64,000 nucleotides of DNA from an uncultured Verrucomicrobiota bacterium (lineage in GTDB: Bacteria; Verrucomicrobiota; Verrucomicrobiia; Limisphaerales; CAIMTB01), in assembly GCA_964476125.1 (NCBI GenBank), contig CAYZAE010000003.1, positions 25,804 through 89,803 on the forward strand, written 5' to 3'. The notes under the pieces were generated by a model. That model was not told the DNA's origin. It saw only the letters and a program-made list of their open reading frames with translations, and made no database searches. Shown one piece after another: positions 17,701 to 25,778 of the stretch. The position numbers and the translations under genes are program-made. Numbering within the stretch: position 1 is the first letter of the stretch; each line of letters starts with the position of its first letter.

Positions 17701-19410
17701 CTATCGGACGGAGCTGGGTTTGGCTTCCTCAATCACCACGAGGCGGTCCGCGGAGCCGCCTTCGACACTCTGAGTTCCTCCCCCGATCCAACGGACTTCG
17801 ATGCGGTCGAAGCGGGTTCGCGGGCCGAGTCCGAAATGGGGATGGCTTCCGAAATGGCTCTGGTAGCCGCGACCACTGTGGACTTCGTCGACGAGGGTCA
17901 GGTCCCCCGCGATCACCTTGATGCGGGCTCCCACGCCGTCGCGGTTCGACCTGGTTCCTTTCAGCCGGATGCCGAGCCAATGGTTCCCGGCCGGGCTGTC
18001 GTTGCGGAGCAGGGTGGGTTCCCGCCGCGCATTGAGGATCACGGCGTCGATGTCGCCGTCGTTGTCGAGATCCTCGAAGGCGGCGCCGCGGCTGCTGAGA
18101 TTGACGGCGAGTCCGTCGCCGGCGCGTGCGCTGATGTCCTGGAATTTTCCGCGGCCGATGTTTTCGAGCAGGATATTGCGGGTGGCGTAGGTCGCCGTGT
18201 CATCCCAGAGCTCGATGTTGTCCTGCAAATGCCCGCAGGCCATGAACAGGTCGCGGTCCCCGTCGTTGTCGAAGTCGACCAGCCCATTGCCCCATTCGAC
18301 GACGTGGTAGGTGGAGGCGCCTGCGCCCGAGGTGTAGGTGGCGTCGGTGAAGTTTCCGCCGCCCAGGTTCCGGTAGAGAATGGCCCACTGCTTCTGGTAG
18401 GACGTCATGTGGAAGTCGAGACGCCCGTCATTGTCGTAGTCGGCGCAATCCACCCCCATGGTTCCCTGGCCGATCCCGTGCATGTCGAAGGCGAGTCCGC
18501 ACATCAGCCCGACCTCTTCGAAATGGCCCTTTCCGTCGTTGCGCCAGACGAAGTTTCCCATGGCATCGTTCCCCACCACGATGTCGGTGTCGCCGTCGTC
18601 GTCGAAATCCGCGCAAACCATGCCCATGCCCGTACCGGCGTGGGCGGCGATTCCCGACTCCTTGCTGATGTCGGTGAAGGTTCCGTCCCCGTTGTTGCGA
18701 TAGAGGGTGTGGGGGACCGGCCCATAGACCATGGGCCCCACGTAGGCGGGATGGCCGTTGACCAGCCGGGTCTGGTGTTTGGCGACGGTGAAATTGATGT
18801 AATTGGCAACGTAAAGGTCGAGGTCGCCATCGCTGTCGATGTCCAGGAAGCAGGCGCCCGCCCCGACCTTGTCACCGTTGCCCACGCCCGCGGTCCGGGT
18901 CACGTCGGTGAAGGTCCCGTCGCCGTTGTTCCGGAAGAGCACGTTGGGCCCGAAATTGTTGAGATAGAGATCGGGATCGCCATCGTTGTCGTAGTCCCCC
19001 ACGCAGACCCCCAGTCCGTAACCGCCGTTGCCGACCCCGGCCTTTTCAGTGACGTCGGCGAACTTCCAGTTTCCCAGGTTGCGATAGAGCGCGCACCGCG
19101 GGGCCGTGGCGGGCGGCTTGGAACCCGGGAGCGGGGTTCCGTTGAGGAAAAAGATATCGATCAGGCCGTCGCCATCGAAGTCGAAGGTGGCCAGGCCCGA
19201 GGCCACGGTCTCGACGATGTACCGCTGGCCGGAACTGCCGTCGATGTGCACGAACTGGATGCCGGTTTCCCGGGTGACGTCCTTGAACTGGATGGGGGTG
19301 GGACCTTCAGCGGCGGTGGCGGGGGTTACGGCGGTGGCCAGACTGGCCAGGAGCACGATGAGCACCGGGAAAACGACGGCTTGAGCGGAGGAGGGACGGG
19401 GGAAAATCAT
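17701..19410 (-). CDS. CRTAC1 family protein (FG-GAP/VCBS repeats plus ASPIC/UnbV C-terminal domain), secreted
   Basis: A signal peptide precedes repeated DxDGDGxxD Ca-binding beta-propeller loops (FDFDGDGLIDIFF, GDYDNDGDPDLYL, LDIDSDGDLDLYV, DFDDDGDTDIVV). The ASPIC/UnbV-like tail reads NHWLGIRLKGTRSNRDGVGARIKV...GRGYQSH. Confidence 0.92.
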   Translation of the reverse strand: MIFPRPSSAQAVVFPVLIVLLASLATAVTPATAAEGPTPIQFKDVTRETGIQFVHIDGSSGQRYIVETVASGLATFDFDGDGLIDIFFLNGTPLPGSKPPATAPRCALYRNLGNWKFADVTEKAGVGNGGYGLGVCVGDYDNDGDPDLYLNNFGPNVLFRNNGDGTFTDVTRTAGVGNGDKVGAGACFLDIDSDGDLDLYVANYINFTVAKHQTRLVNGHPAYVGPMVYGPVPHTLYRNNGDGTFTDISKESGIAAHAGTGMGMVCADFDDDGDTDIVVGNDAMGNFVWRNDGKGHFEEVGLMCGLAFDMHGIGQGTMGVDCADYDNDGRLDFHMTSYQKQWAILYRNLGGGNFTDATYTSGAGASTYHVVEWGNGLVDFDNDGDRDLFMACGHLQDNIELWDDTATYATRNILLENIGRGKFQDISARAGDGLAVNLSSRGAAFEDLDNDGDIDAVILNARREPTLLRNDSPAGNHWLGIRLKGTRSNRDGVGARIKVIAGDLTLVDEVHSGRGYQSHFGSHPHFGLGPRTRFDRIEVRWIGGGTQSVEGGSADRLVVIEEAKPSSVR

Positions 19411-21089
19411 CGGGACGTGGGGGAGCCTTCCACGACCGTGACCAGCTGGTCGACGGCGGGATTGTGAAGGATGTTGGTGCCGCCACCGACCCAGCGTACC
19501 TTGAGTTCGCGGATGGCGGTGCGCTGGCCGAGGCCGAAGTGGAGGCGCCGACCGAAATCGCTTTGGTAACTGCGGCCGGCGTGGACTTCGTCGATCTGGG
19601 TGAGGTCGTCGGTGACGACCGTGACCCGGGCACCGACGCCATCGCGGTTGGAGCGGGTGCCTTTCAGGCGTACCTGCAGCCAGTGATTGGATCGGGGGGA
19701 GTCGTTCCGGAGCAGGGTGGGTTCGCGGCGCGCGTTGAGGATCACGGCATCGATGTCCCCGTCGTTGTCGAGGTCATCGAAGGCGGCGCCGCGGCTGCTC
19801 AGTTTCGGAAGCAGTCCGTCGCCGGCTTCGTTGGAGACATCGACGAACCGCCCCTGACCGTTGTTCCGAAGCAGGATGTTGCGGGCGTTGTAGCTGGTGG
19901 TGTCGTCGAACTGATCGACGTTGTCGATGAGGTGACCGCAGGCGATGAACAGATCCCGATGTCCGTCGTTGTCGAAATCGATGATTCCCGTGCCCCATTT
20001 GACCTGGGGAAACGTGGAGGTGCCGGCGCCGGTCCGGCGGGCGACGTCTGAGAACACGGTGCCGCCGCTGTTCTGGTAGAGACTGCACAGCTGCCGCTGG
20101 TAGGTGGTGATGTAGATGTCGAACCAGCCGTCGTTGTTCCAGTCGGCGCACTCGACCCCCATGCTTCCCTGCACATTGCCGAAGGCGTCGTAGGCGAGAC
20201 CGGTCTGAACCCCGATCTCCTTGAAGCGGCCGGTCCCGTCGTTCTGCAGGAGGAAGTTTGGGCGGAGATCGTTGCCGACGACGATGTCGCTGTCCCCGTC
20301 GTTGTCGAAATCAGCGGCGATCACGCCCATGCCGGAACTTCGGAGTTCGGCGATTCCGGCGGCGGCGGAGATGTCGGTGAAGGTGCCGTTTCCGTTGTTG
20401 CGAAAGAGATGGTTGGCGCTGGGCGGGTATTGGAGCGGGCCGACGTAGGCGGGGAACCCGTTCATGTGCGAGATCTGGTGGGTCTCGTAGGTGAAGGTGA
20501 CGTAGCTGGCGGCGAAGAGGTCGAGGTCGCCGTCCTGGTCGATGTCGAGAAAACAGGCGCCTGCCCCGACGTGCTGGCCAATGCCGACGCCGGCTTCGCG
20601 GGTGACATCGGTGAAGGTTCCGTTGCTGTTGTTCCGGTAGAGGACGTTCTGCCCGAAGTTGCTGACGTAAAGATCCTGATCGCCGTCGTTGTCGTAATCG
20701 CCGGTGCAAACCCCAAGCCCGTAGCCGGTGTCGCCGACGCCGGTTTCGCGGGTGACGTCGGTGAACTTCCAGCCGCCGTCATTGCGATACAGGGCATTGC
20801 GCGGGGGAGGCTCGATCTTGGCGCCGGGCAGGGGAGCGCCGTTGAGAAAGTAGATATCAACGTCGCCATCCCCATCGTAATCGAAGAGCGCGAGCCCCGA
20901 GGCCACGGTTTCCACGATGTAACGCCGGCCGGAGCTGCCGTCGGTGTGGACGAAGCCGAGGCCTGTTTGACGGGTGACGTCGGTCAGCCGGATCGGGCTG
21001 TCGGCGGCCAGCAGTGGGGAGGCGACCGACAGCGCGAACAGACCCGCCGTGAGCAGGACTCGGGCGGGGTGGGTGGGGGAGGCCGTCAT
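19407..21089 (-). CDS. CRTAC1 family protein, tandem paralog of the downstream gene
   Basis: The architecture is the same and colinear with the neighbour (e.g. SSGRRYIVETVASGLALFDYDGDGDVDIYFLNG and NHWLQVRLKGTRSNRDGVGARVTV). It overlaps both neighbours by ATGA (19407-19410 and 21086-21089). Confidence 0.92.
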   Translation of the reverse strand: MTASPTHPARVLLTAGLFALSVASPLLAADSPIRLTDVTRQTGLGFVHTDGSSGRRYIVETVASGLALFDYDGDGDVDIYFLNGAPLPGAKIEPPPRNALYRNDGGWKFTDVTRETGVGDTGYGLGVCTGDYDNDGDQDLYVSNFGQNVLYRNNSNGTFTDVTREAGVGIGQHVGAGACFLDIDQDGDLDLFAASYVTFTYETHQISHMNGFPAYVGPLQYPPSANHLFRNNGNGTFTDISAAAGIAELRSSGMGVIAADFDNDGDSDIVVGNDLRPNFLLQNDGTGRFKEIGVQTGLAYDAFGNVQGSMGVECADWNNDGWFDIYITTYQRQLCSLYQNSGGTVFSDVARRTGAGTSTFPQVKWGTGIIDFDNDGHRDLFIACGHLIDNVDQFDDTTSYNARNILLRNNGQGRFVDVSNEAGDGLLPKLSSRGAAFDDLDNDGDIDAVILNARREPTLLRNDSPRSNHWLQVRLKGTRSNRDGVGARVTVVTDDLTQIDEVHAGRSYQSDFGRRLHFGLGQRTAIRELKVRWVGGGTNILHNPAVDQLVTVVEGSPTSR

Positions 21090-22528
21090 GGACGCGCGCC
21101 TGGGGCTTTTTGGAGTTGCTCGAGAATCTCGCGGTACCGGGCCTCTCCGGGGGCGAGTTCGACGGCTTGTTTCATGGCGGCGATGGCTCCGGGGCGGTCG
21201 TTGTTCCGGGCCAGGGCCTGGGCGAGCGTGTTGAAGTGTTGCGGGGACGGTTCAAGGGCGACGGCCTTTTCCGCGAGCGTCCGGGCCTGGGTCGGGTTTT
21301 GTCCGGAGCGGAGATAGAAATCCGCGAGGGCCCGATAGCCTTCGGGGAAGTCGGGGGCCAGAGCGATCACCTTGAGGTAGGCGCGTTCAGCGGGCTCGGA
21401 TTGACGCAGCCGGGCATTCAAACGTCCCAGGAACAGCTGGTTGAGATGGTTCGTGGGCTGGGCGGCGGCGAGCTTTTCGAAGGCGGCGATGCCTTCCGCA
21501 GCGGCATTGCGTTGAGCGAAATGCGATTCGAGGGCGCCGCGGTAGGCGATTTGGGAGGGATCGAGCAAGGCGGCGCGAACCAGCAGATCGGCGGCCGGCC
21601 CGGGTTGCTTGTGCATCCGGTAAATCTGGGCCGCTCCAAACAGGGTTCGCGCCATGGTGGTGCGGACCAGGGGGAGACCGCTCAGGGTCTCCTCCTGCGA
21701 ACTGCGGTCGTTCAGTGCCTTGCGATCATTGGCTTCCAGGGCCAGGAACCGTTCCCGGGCCCGGGCGCCTTCCTCGGCCAGGCCGAGGCGCTGGCAGGCC
21801 GTAAACAGGCCGAAGAAGGCCTGGGTATGATCCGGGACCCGCTGGATCACGCGGAGAAACGTTTCCCGGGCGGGTCCAGGCTGACCTGCCTGAAGCCGGG
21901 CCTGCCCGAGCAGGTAATGGCTCTCGGCGGTGGCGGAGGGCAGGGAGGCCGACTGTTCGAGGCACTGGATGGATTCCTCGATCCGGCCCAGGTCCATCAG
22001 GGCTCGGCCGCGACGATTCAGGACGTCGGCGTTTGGCGGGGCGTGTTTGAGGGCCGTGTCGCACAGGCGCACCGTTTCCTCCAGATCCCCGCGTTCGTAG
22101 GCAATCTTGGCCAGGATGTCGTAGGCATCGGTCTGGCCGGGGTTGAGTTCCAGGCATTTCCGGAGGTGCGGAATGGCATCCCCGGCCTTGCCTGTGTTGT
22201 AGAAGGCGGATCCGAGCAGGGCGGAGGTCAGGGCATCCCCGGGAAAGGCCTCGGCGACTCGGCGGGCGACGTCCACGGCTTCCTGCTTCAAGGAGGCGGC
22301 TTCGGCTTGGGCGTGGGGGGTGGAGGCGTTGGGAGGTTTGGCGGACGGCGCGATCTCTTGCCCTGGGGGAAGCGGTTTGGGGAGGGGGCCGGATGGGGCA
22401 GGTTGGGCAGCCTGGCTCAGGCAGGACGCGAAGACGAGGGCCAGGGCCAGGGAGGCGGCGGGAAGTGGGGGCATCGGGGACGTGGAACTCGGGTCTGGGG
22501 ACGGCGGGGGGAATGGAAGAGGCAGCAT
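21086..22528 (-). CDS. TPR repeat protein, exported (signal peptide, possibly a lipoprotein)
   Basis: Multiple TPR units are visible (AFYNTGKAGDAIPHLRKCLELNP, AYDILAKIAYERGDLEETVRLCDTALKHAP, YRALADFYLRSGQNPTQARTLAEKAVALEP). The N-terminus SLALALVFASC is signal-like. An alternative start is 22474. Confidence 0.85.
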   Translation of the reverse strand: MLPLPFPPPSPDPSSTSPMPPLPAASLALALVFASCLSQAAQPAPSGPLPKPLPPGQEIAPSAKPPNASTPHAQAEAASLKQEAVDVARRVAEAFPGDALTSALLGSAFYNTGKAGDAIPHLRKCLELNPGQTDAYDILAKIAYERGDLEETVRLCDTALKHAPPNADVLNRRGRALMDLGRIEESIQCLEQSASLPSATAESHYLLGQARLQAGQPGPARETFLRVIQRVPDHTQAFFGLFTACQRLGLAEEGARARERFLALEANDRKALNDRSSQEETLSGLPLVRTTMARTLFGAAQIYRMHKQPGPAADLLVRAALLDPSQIAYRGALESHFAQRNAAAEGIAAFEKLAAAQPTNHLNQLFLGRLNARLRQSEPAERAYLKVIALAPDFPEGYRALADFYLRSGQNPTQARTLAEKAVALEPSPQHFNTLAQALARNNDRPGAIAAMKQAVELAPGEARYREILEQLQKAPGARP

Positions 22529-22735
22529 AGAAACCGGCTTGCGACGGTCAAGGATGCGCAGGGATCGTGGACAATTAGCAGGAATCGAATTGACCTCCGC
22601 GCGTCCTTTTGAAGAATTTACGTAATCCCGTCACGATCTTGCTCTCCAAAGGGTGCTTCAATGCGCCTGGGGCCGGCCTTTTTTGGAGAAATCGCAAGAT
22701 CATGGGGTTTCAACGGAACAACTCAGGAGAAAACC

Positions 22736-25654
22736 ATGATCGAGAGTACGCCATTGCTCAGAAAGTTATTGCTGACGGGCTTGGTCTCATTGCTGCCCTG
22801 CGCGGTGGTGAGTGTCCAAGCACAAAGCCTGAAGAACGGCCTGACGGCCTATTGGGATTTCGAGAATGATTTCAAGGACAAGGCGGGAGGCCCGGTAAAG
22901 TTCGATGGGACTGAAAACGGTTCGTCGCCCATCGCCTTCGTTGCTGGAAAGTCTGGGTTCGGGAAGGCCATTGAGATGAATGGTGAGGACCAGTTCATCG
23001 AAATCACGGGTGGCGAGCCTGACGACCTGGCCTTCGCGGGCGCGAGCATGTCGATCGCTGGCTGGTTTAAGGTGGCCGCCTTCGATACCTCCTGGCAGGC
23101 CCTGGTGGCCAAGGGTGAGGGCAGCAACTGGCGCGTTCACCGTCGGGGTGGAGAAGCCGGTTTCGCCCATGCGGGTGGCACGGGCGAAGGCCCTGCGGGT
23201 GGGGCTGTTGATGATGGCAACTGGCACCATTTCGTGGCCATTTCCGACGTGGACGCCGTGAATTTCGGCACCGCGCTCTACATCGATGGCGCCAAGTACA
23301 CCGAGAATGCCTCGGCTCCGAATCTCGGCGCGAATGGCAAGCGCATGATGATCGGTGAGAACCCGGATGCGCGTAATCGCGAGTGGGAGGGGCAATTGGA
23401 CGACATTGCCATGTGGAATCGCGTGTTGACCGAGGCGGAAATCGGCCAGCTTTATGCCGGCGGTGTTGGCAAGCCCCTCAGCGTTCTCCTGGGCGCGGTG
23501 GTGGCGGACGCCGACAAGGACGGCATGCCGGACGACTACGAGAAGGAGATGGGTTTCAATCCGAATGATGCCAGCGACGCCGCCAAGGATTTCGATGGCG
23601 ACGGCGTGAGCAACCTGGATGAGTTCAAGGCGGGTACGGACCCGATCGACACCACCAAGCCGGTGATTGCGTCGATTTCGTCCAGCCCGACATTGGACAC
23701 GGTCCGGATCACGTTCTCGGAGGAAGTGGATCCGGCGACCGCGACGGTGGCCGCGAACTACACCCTCACCCCGAGCCTGGCGGTCACGGCCGTCAGCTAC
23801 AGCAAGCGGGTGGCGACCCTGACCACGGCCGCGCAGGCCGCGGGCGGCACCGGCTACACGGTGGCGGTGAAGGGCGTGAAGGACATGTCGAAGAACGAAG
23901 TCGCTGCGGGCACCCAGGCGACGTTCTTCTCCTATCTCCTGACCAAGACGGGCGTGATTCAGATCAAGGTTTACACCGGCATCGGCGGAACCCCGGTGGA
24001 CAACCTGTACAACGATCCGAAGTACCCGGCGTCCCCTGATCGGACCGGCACGTTGTTCTCATTCACCAGCCGTGATTTCCTGCCTTCCGACTCGCTGGAT
24101 AACTACGGCGCGGTCATGGAAGGTCACCTGACTCCGGCGGAGTCGGGCAACTACCGCTTCTTCATCCACAGCGATGACGCCTCGCAGCTCTTCCTGAGCA
24201 CGGACGACAAGGAAGCCAACCTCGGGCAGATCGCCGAGGAAACCGGTTGCTGCAACAACTTCACCGAACCCGACAGCCCGCGGACCTCGGAACCGGTCGC
24301 GCTCGTGGCGAACCGGAAGTATTTCATCCGCCTGGTGTACAAGGAAGGTGGCGGCGGTGATTACGGCCGCGTGGCGTGGCGTAAGGAAGGCGACAAGACC
24401 CCGGCGTCGACGCTCCAGCCGATCGGGGGCCAGTTCCTCTCGTCTCTGGTGGATCTCCCGGCCCCGGCCGAAGGTGTATTCGCGACCCAAACCCCCGGCC
24501 CTGGGGCCAAGGGTGTCTCGCCGTCCGCCGGCGTGATCATTGCGCATCGTGATGGCAAGGTGGCGTGGACCGCGGCCAACACCTCCCTGAAGATCGACGG
24601 CGCTGCGGTGACGTCGACGTTCACGAAGGCCGGCACTCTGGCGACCATCGAGTACAAGCCTGCTTCCCTGTGGGCCAGCAAGTCCGTGCACACGGTTTCC
24701 CTGACCCATCCTGATCCGGCTGGGAATCCCATGACCATGGAGTGGACGTTTGAGGTCTCCGAATACAAGGGACCGATCAAGGACAAGGTGGCCCAGCGCC
24801 CGGCGATCATCCTCGGCGGTGCCAATCAGACCGACGACAAGGGTGGCAAGTCCGGCCAGGCCGGTGACCGCGGTCTCGACACCGGGGTGGCGACGGGTGT
24901 GGCTCTTGTTCCCGATGCCAGCTTCCTGAACGCCGCGTCGGCTGACGACAAGATGTCGATCGCGTTCCACCAGAAGATCCGGGCGGTCCGTGATTCCTCC
25001 GCGTTCTGGGCGCTCTCGCCCGGCAGCAACAACGGTTCCCGTGGTTTCCAGGCGCACGCGCCCTGGAGCAACGCGAACATCTATTTCGACACCGCGGGCT
25101 GCTGCGATGCCGACAGCCAGCGCATCAACGCCGGGATCGACAGCTTCGCTGATTACACGGGCGACGCCACCTGGTGGAATTCCTGGCACCACTTTGTCTT
25201 CGTGAAGGACGGCGCTGAGAAGCGCATCTTCATCGATGGCAAGCTGTTCCACTCCGGTGGTGGCACCTCGCCGCTGCCGACCGACTTCACCAGCATGGTG
25301 ATCGGTGGCGGACCTGGGATCACGGAGAACCGCATGAACGGCACGCTCGACGACTTCGCGGTCTTCGACGGCGCTGTGACCGAAGCCCAGGCCAGGTCGC
25401 TGTCCGGCGGCGCGGCTCCGAGCTCTGTCGCGGGTCTGGTGGCGCATTGGGACTTCAATGAAGTTCCGGCGGCTGAGGCTCCGAAGATCAGCAAGATCAG
25501 CCTCGCGTCGGGCAACGTGACCATCGAGTGGACCGGCGGCGGTACGCTGCAGAAGGCCGCGTCGATCTCCGGCCCGTGGTCGGACGTCGCGGGAGCCAGC
25601 CCGAAGTCCGAGTCAGCCTCGGGCGCCAGCGGGTTCTATCGGATCAAGCAGTAA
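22736..25654 (+). CDS. Large secreted multidomain protein: LamG, thrombospondin-type-3-like Ca-binding repeats, Ig-like domain, PA14, second LamG, and a C-terminal GPW...FYR module
   Basis: AGGAGA lies 5 nt before ATG 22736, followed by a signal peptide (LLLTGLVSLLPCAVVSVQAQS). LamG-like segments are WHHFVAISD...LYIDGAKY...LDDIAMWNRVLTEAEI and WHHFVFVKDGAEKRIFIDGKLF...LDDFAVFDGAVTEAQA. Acidic repeats are DADKDGMPDDYE and DFDGDGVSNLDEF. The PA14-like segment is YGAVMEGHLTPAESGNYRFFIHSDDASQLFLS...YFIRLVYKEGGGGDYGRVAW. Confidence 0.9.
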   Translation: MIESTPLLRKLLLTGLVSLLPCAVVSVQAQSLKNGLTAYWDFENDFKDKAGGPVKFDGTENGSSPIAFVAGKSGFGKAIEMNGEDQFIEITGGEPDDLAFAGASMSIAGWFKVAAFDTSWQALVAKGEGSNWRVHRRGGEAGFAHAGGTGEGPAGGAVDDGNWHHFVAISDVDAVNFGTALYIDGAKYTENASAPNLGANGKRMMIGENPDARNREWEGQLDDIAMWNRVLTEAEIGQLYAGGVGKPLSVLLGAVVADADKDGMPDDYEKEMGFNPNDASDAAKDFDGDGVSNLDEFKAGTDPIDTTKPVIASISSSPTLDTVRITFSEEVDPATATVAANYTLTPSLAVTAVSYSKRVATLTTAAQAAGGTGYTVAVKGVKDMSKNEVAAGTQATFFSYLLTKTGVIQIKVYTGIGGTPVDNLYNDPKYPASPDRTGTLFSFTSRDFLPSDSLDNYGAVMEGHLTPAESGNYRFFIHSDDASQLFLSTDDKEANLGQIAEETGCCNNFTEPDSPRTSEPVALVANRKYFIRLVYKEGGGGDYGRVAWRKEGDKTPASTLQPIGGQFLSSLVDLPAPAEGVFATQTPGPGAKGVSPSAGVIIAHRDGKVAWTAANTSLKIDGAAVTSTFTKAGTLATIEYKPASLWASKSVHTVSLTHPDPAGNPMTMEWTFEVSEYKGPIKDKVAQRPAIILGGANQTDDKGGKSGQAGDRGLDTGVATGVALVPDASFLNAASADDKMSIAFHQKIRAVRDSSAFWALSPGSNNGSRGFQAHAPWSNANIYFDTAGCCDADSQRINAGIDSFADYTGDATWWNSWHHFVFVKDGAEKRIFIDGKLFHSGGGTSPLPTDFTSMVIGGGPGITENRMNGTLDDFAVFDGAVTEAQARSLSGGAAPSSVAGLVAHWDFNEVPAAEAPKISKISLASGNVTIEWTGGGTLQKAASISGPWSDVAGASPKSESASGASGFYRIKQ

Positions 25655-25686
25655 CAACTGCCCTCAGCAACACACACACATCGCAG

Positions 25687-25720
25687 GGAGGCCGGACGCG
25701 AGTCCGGCCTCCTTTTTTTT
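25687..25720 (+). terminator. Rho-independent terminator of the LamG/PA14 gene
   Basis: GGAGGCCGGAC-gcga-GTCCGGCCTCC is a perfect 11-bp stem followed by TTTTTTTT, 33 nt after the stop at 25654. Confidence 0.85.
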
Positions 25721-25778
25721 CTGGGTAGGGCGGCCTCTCCGAGGACGCCGTGCGGGAGGCGATCGCGCCCTGCCAAGT

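Noticed and set aside
15472-19467. 659-aa and 643-aa + strand ORFs opposite the heme-binding and CRTAC1 genes
   Set aside because: They are antisense to genes with strong family signatures (CxxCH domain, DxDGDG propeller loops). The + strand translations are low-complexity G/V/A/E/R strings.
22590-22618. Possible sigma-70-like promoter (TTGACC, 16-17 nt spacer, AAGAAT/AGAATT) for the LamG/PA14 gene
   Set aside because: The -35 match is good but the -10 is weak. Promoter consensus for this lineage is not known to me, so this is not strong enough to list as a feature.
22668-22686. GGCCGGCC followed by TTTTTT upstream of the LamG/PA14 gene, considered as a terminator or attenuator
   Set aside because: The 8-mer is a loop-less palindrome and cannot form a stable hairpin on its own. 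No gene ends just upstream on the + strand.
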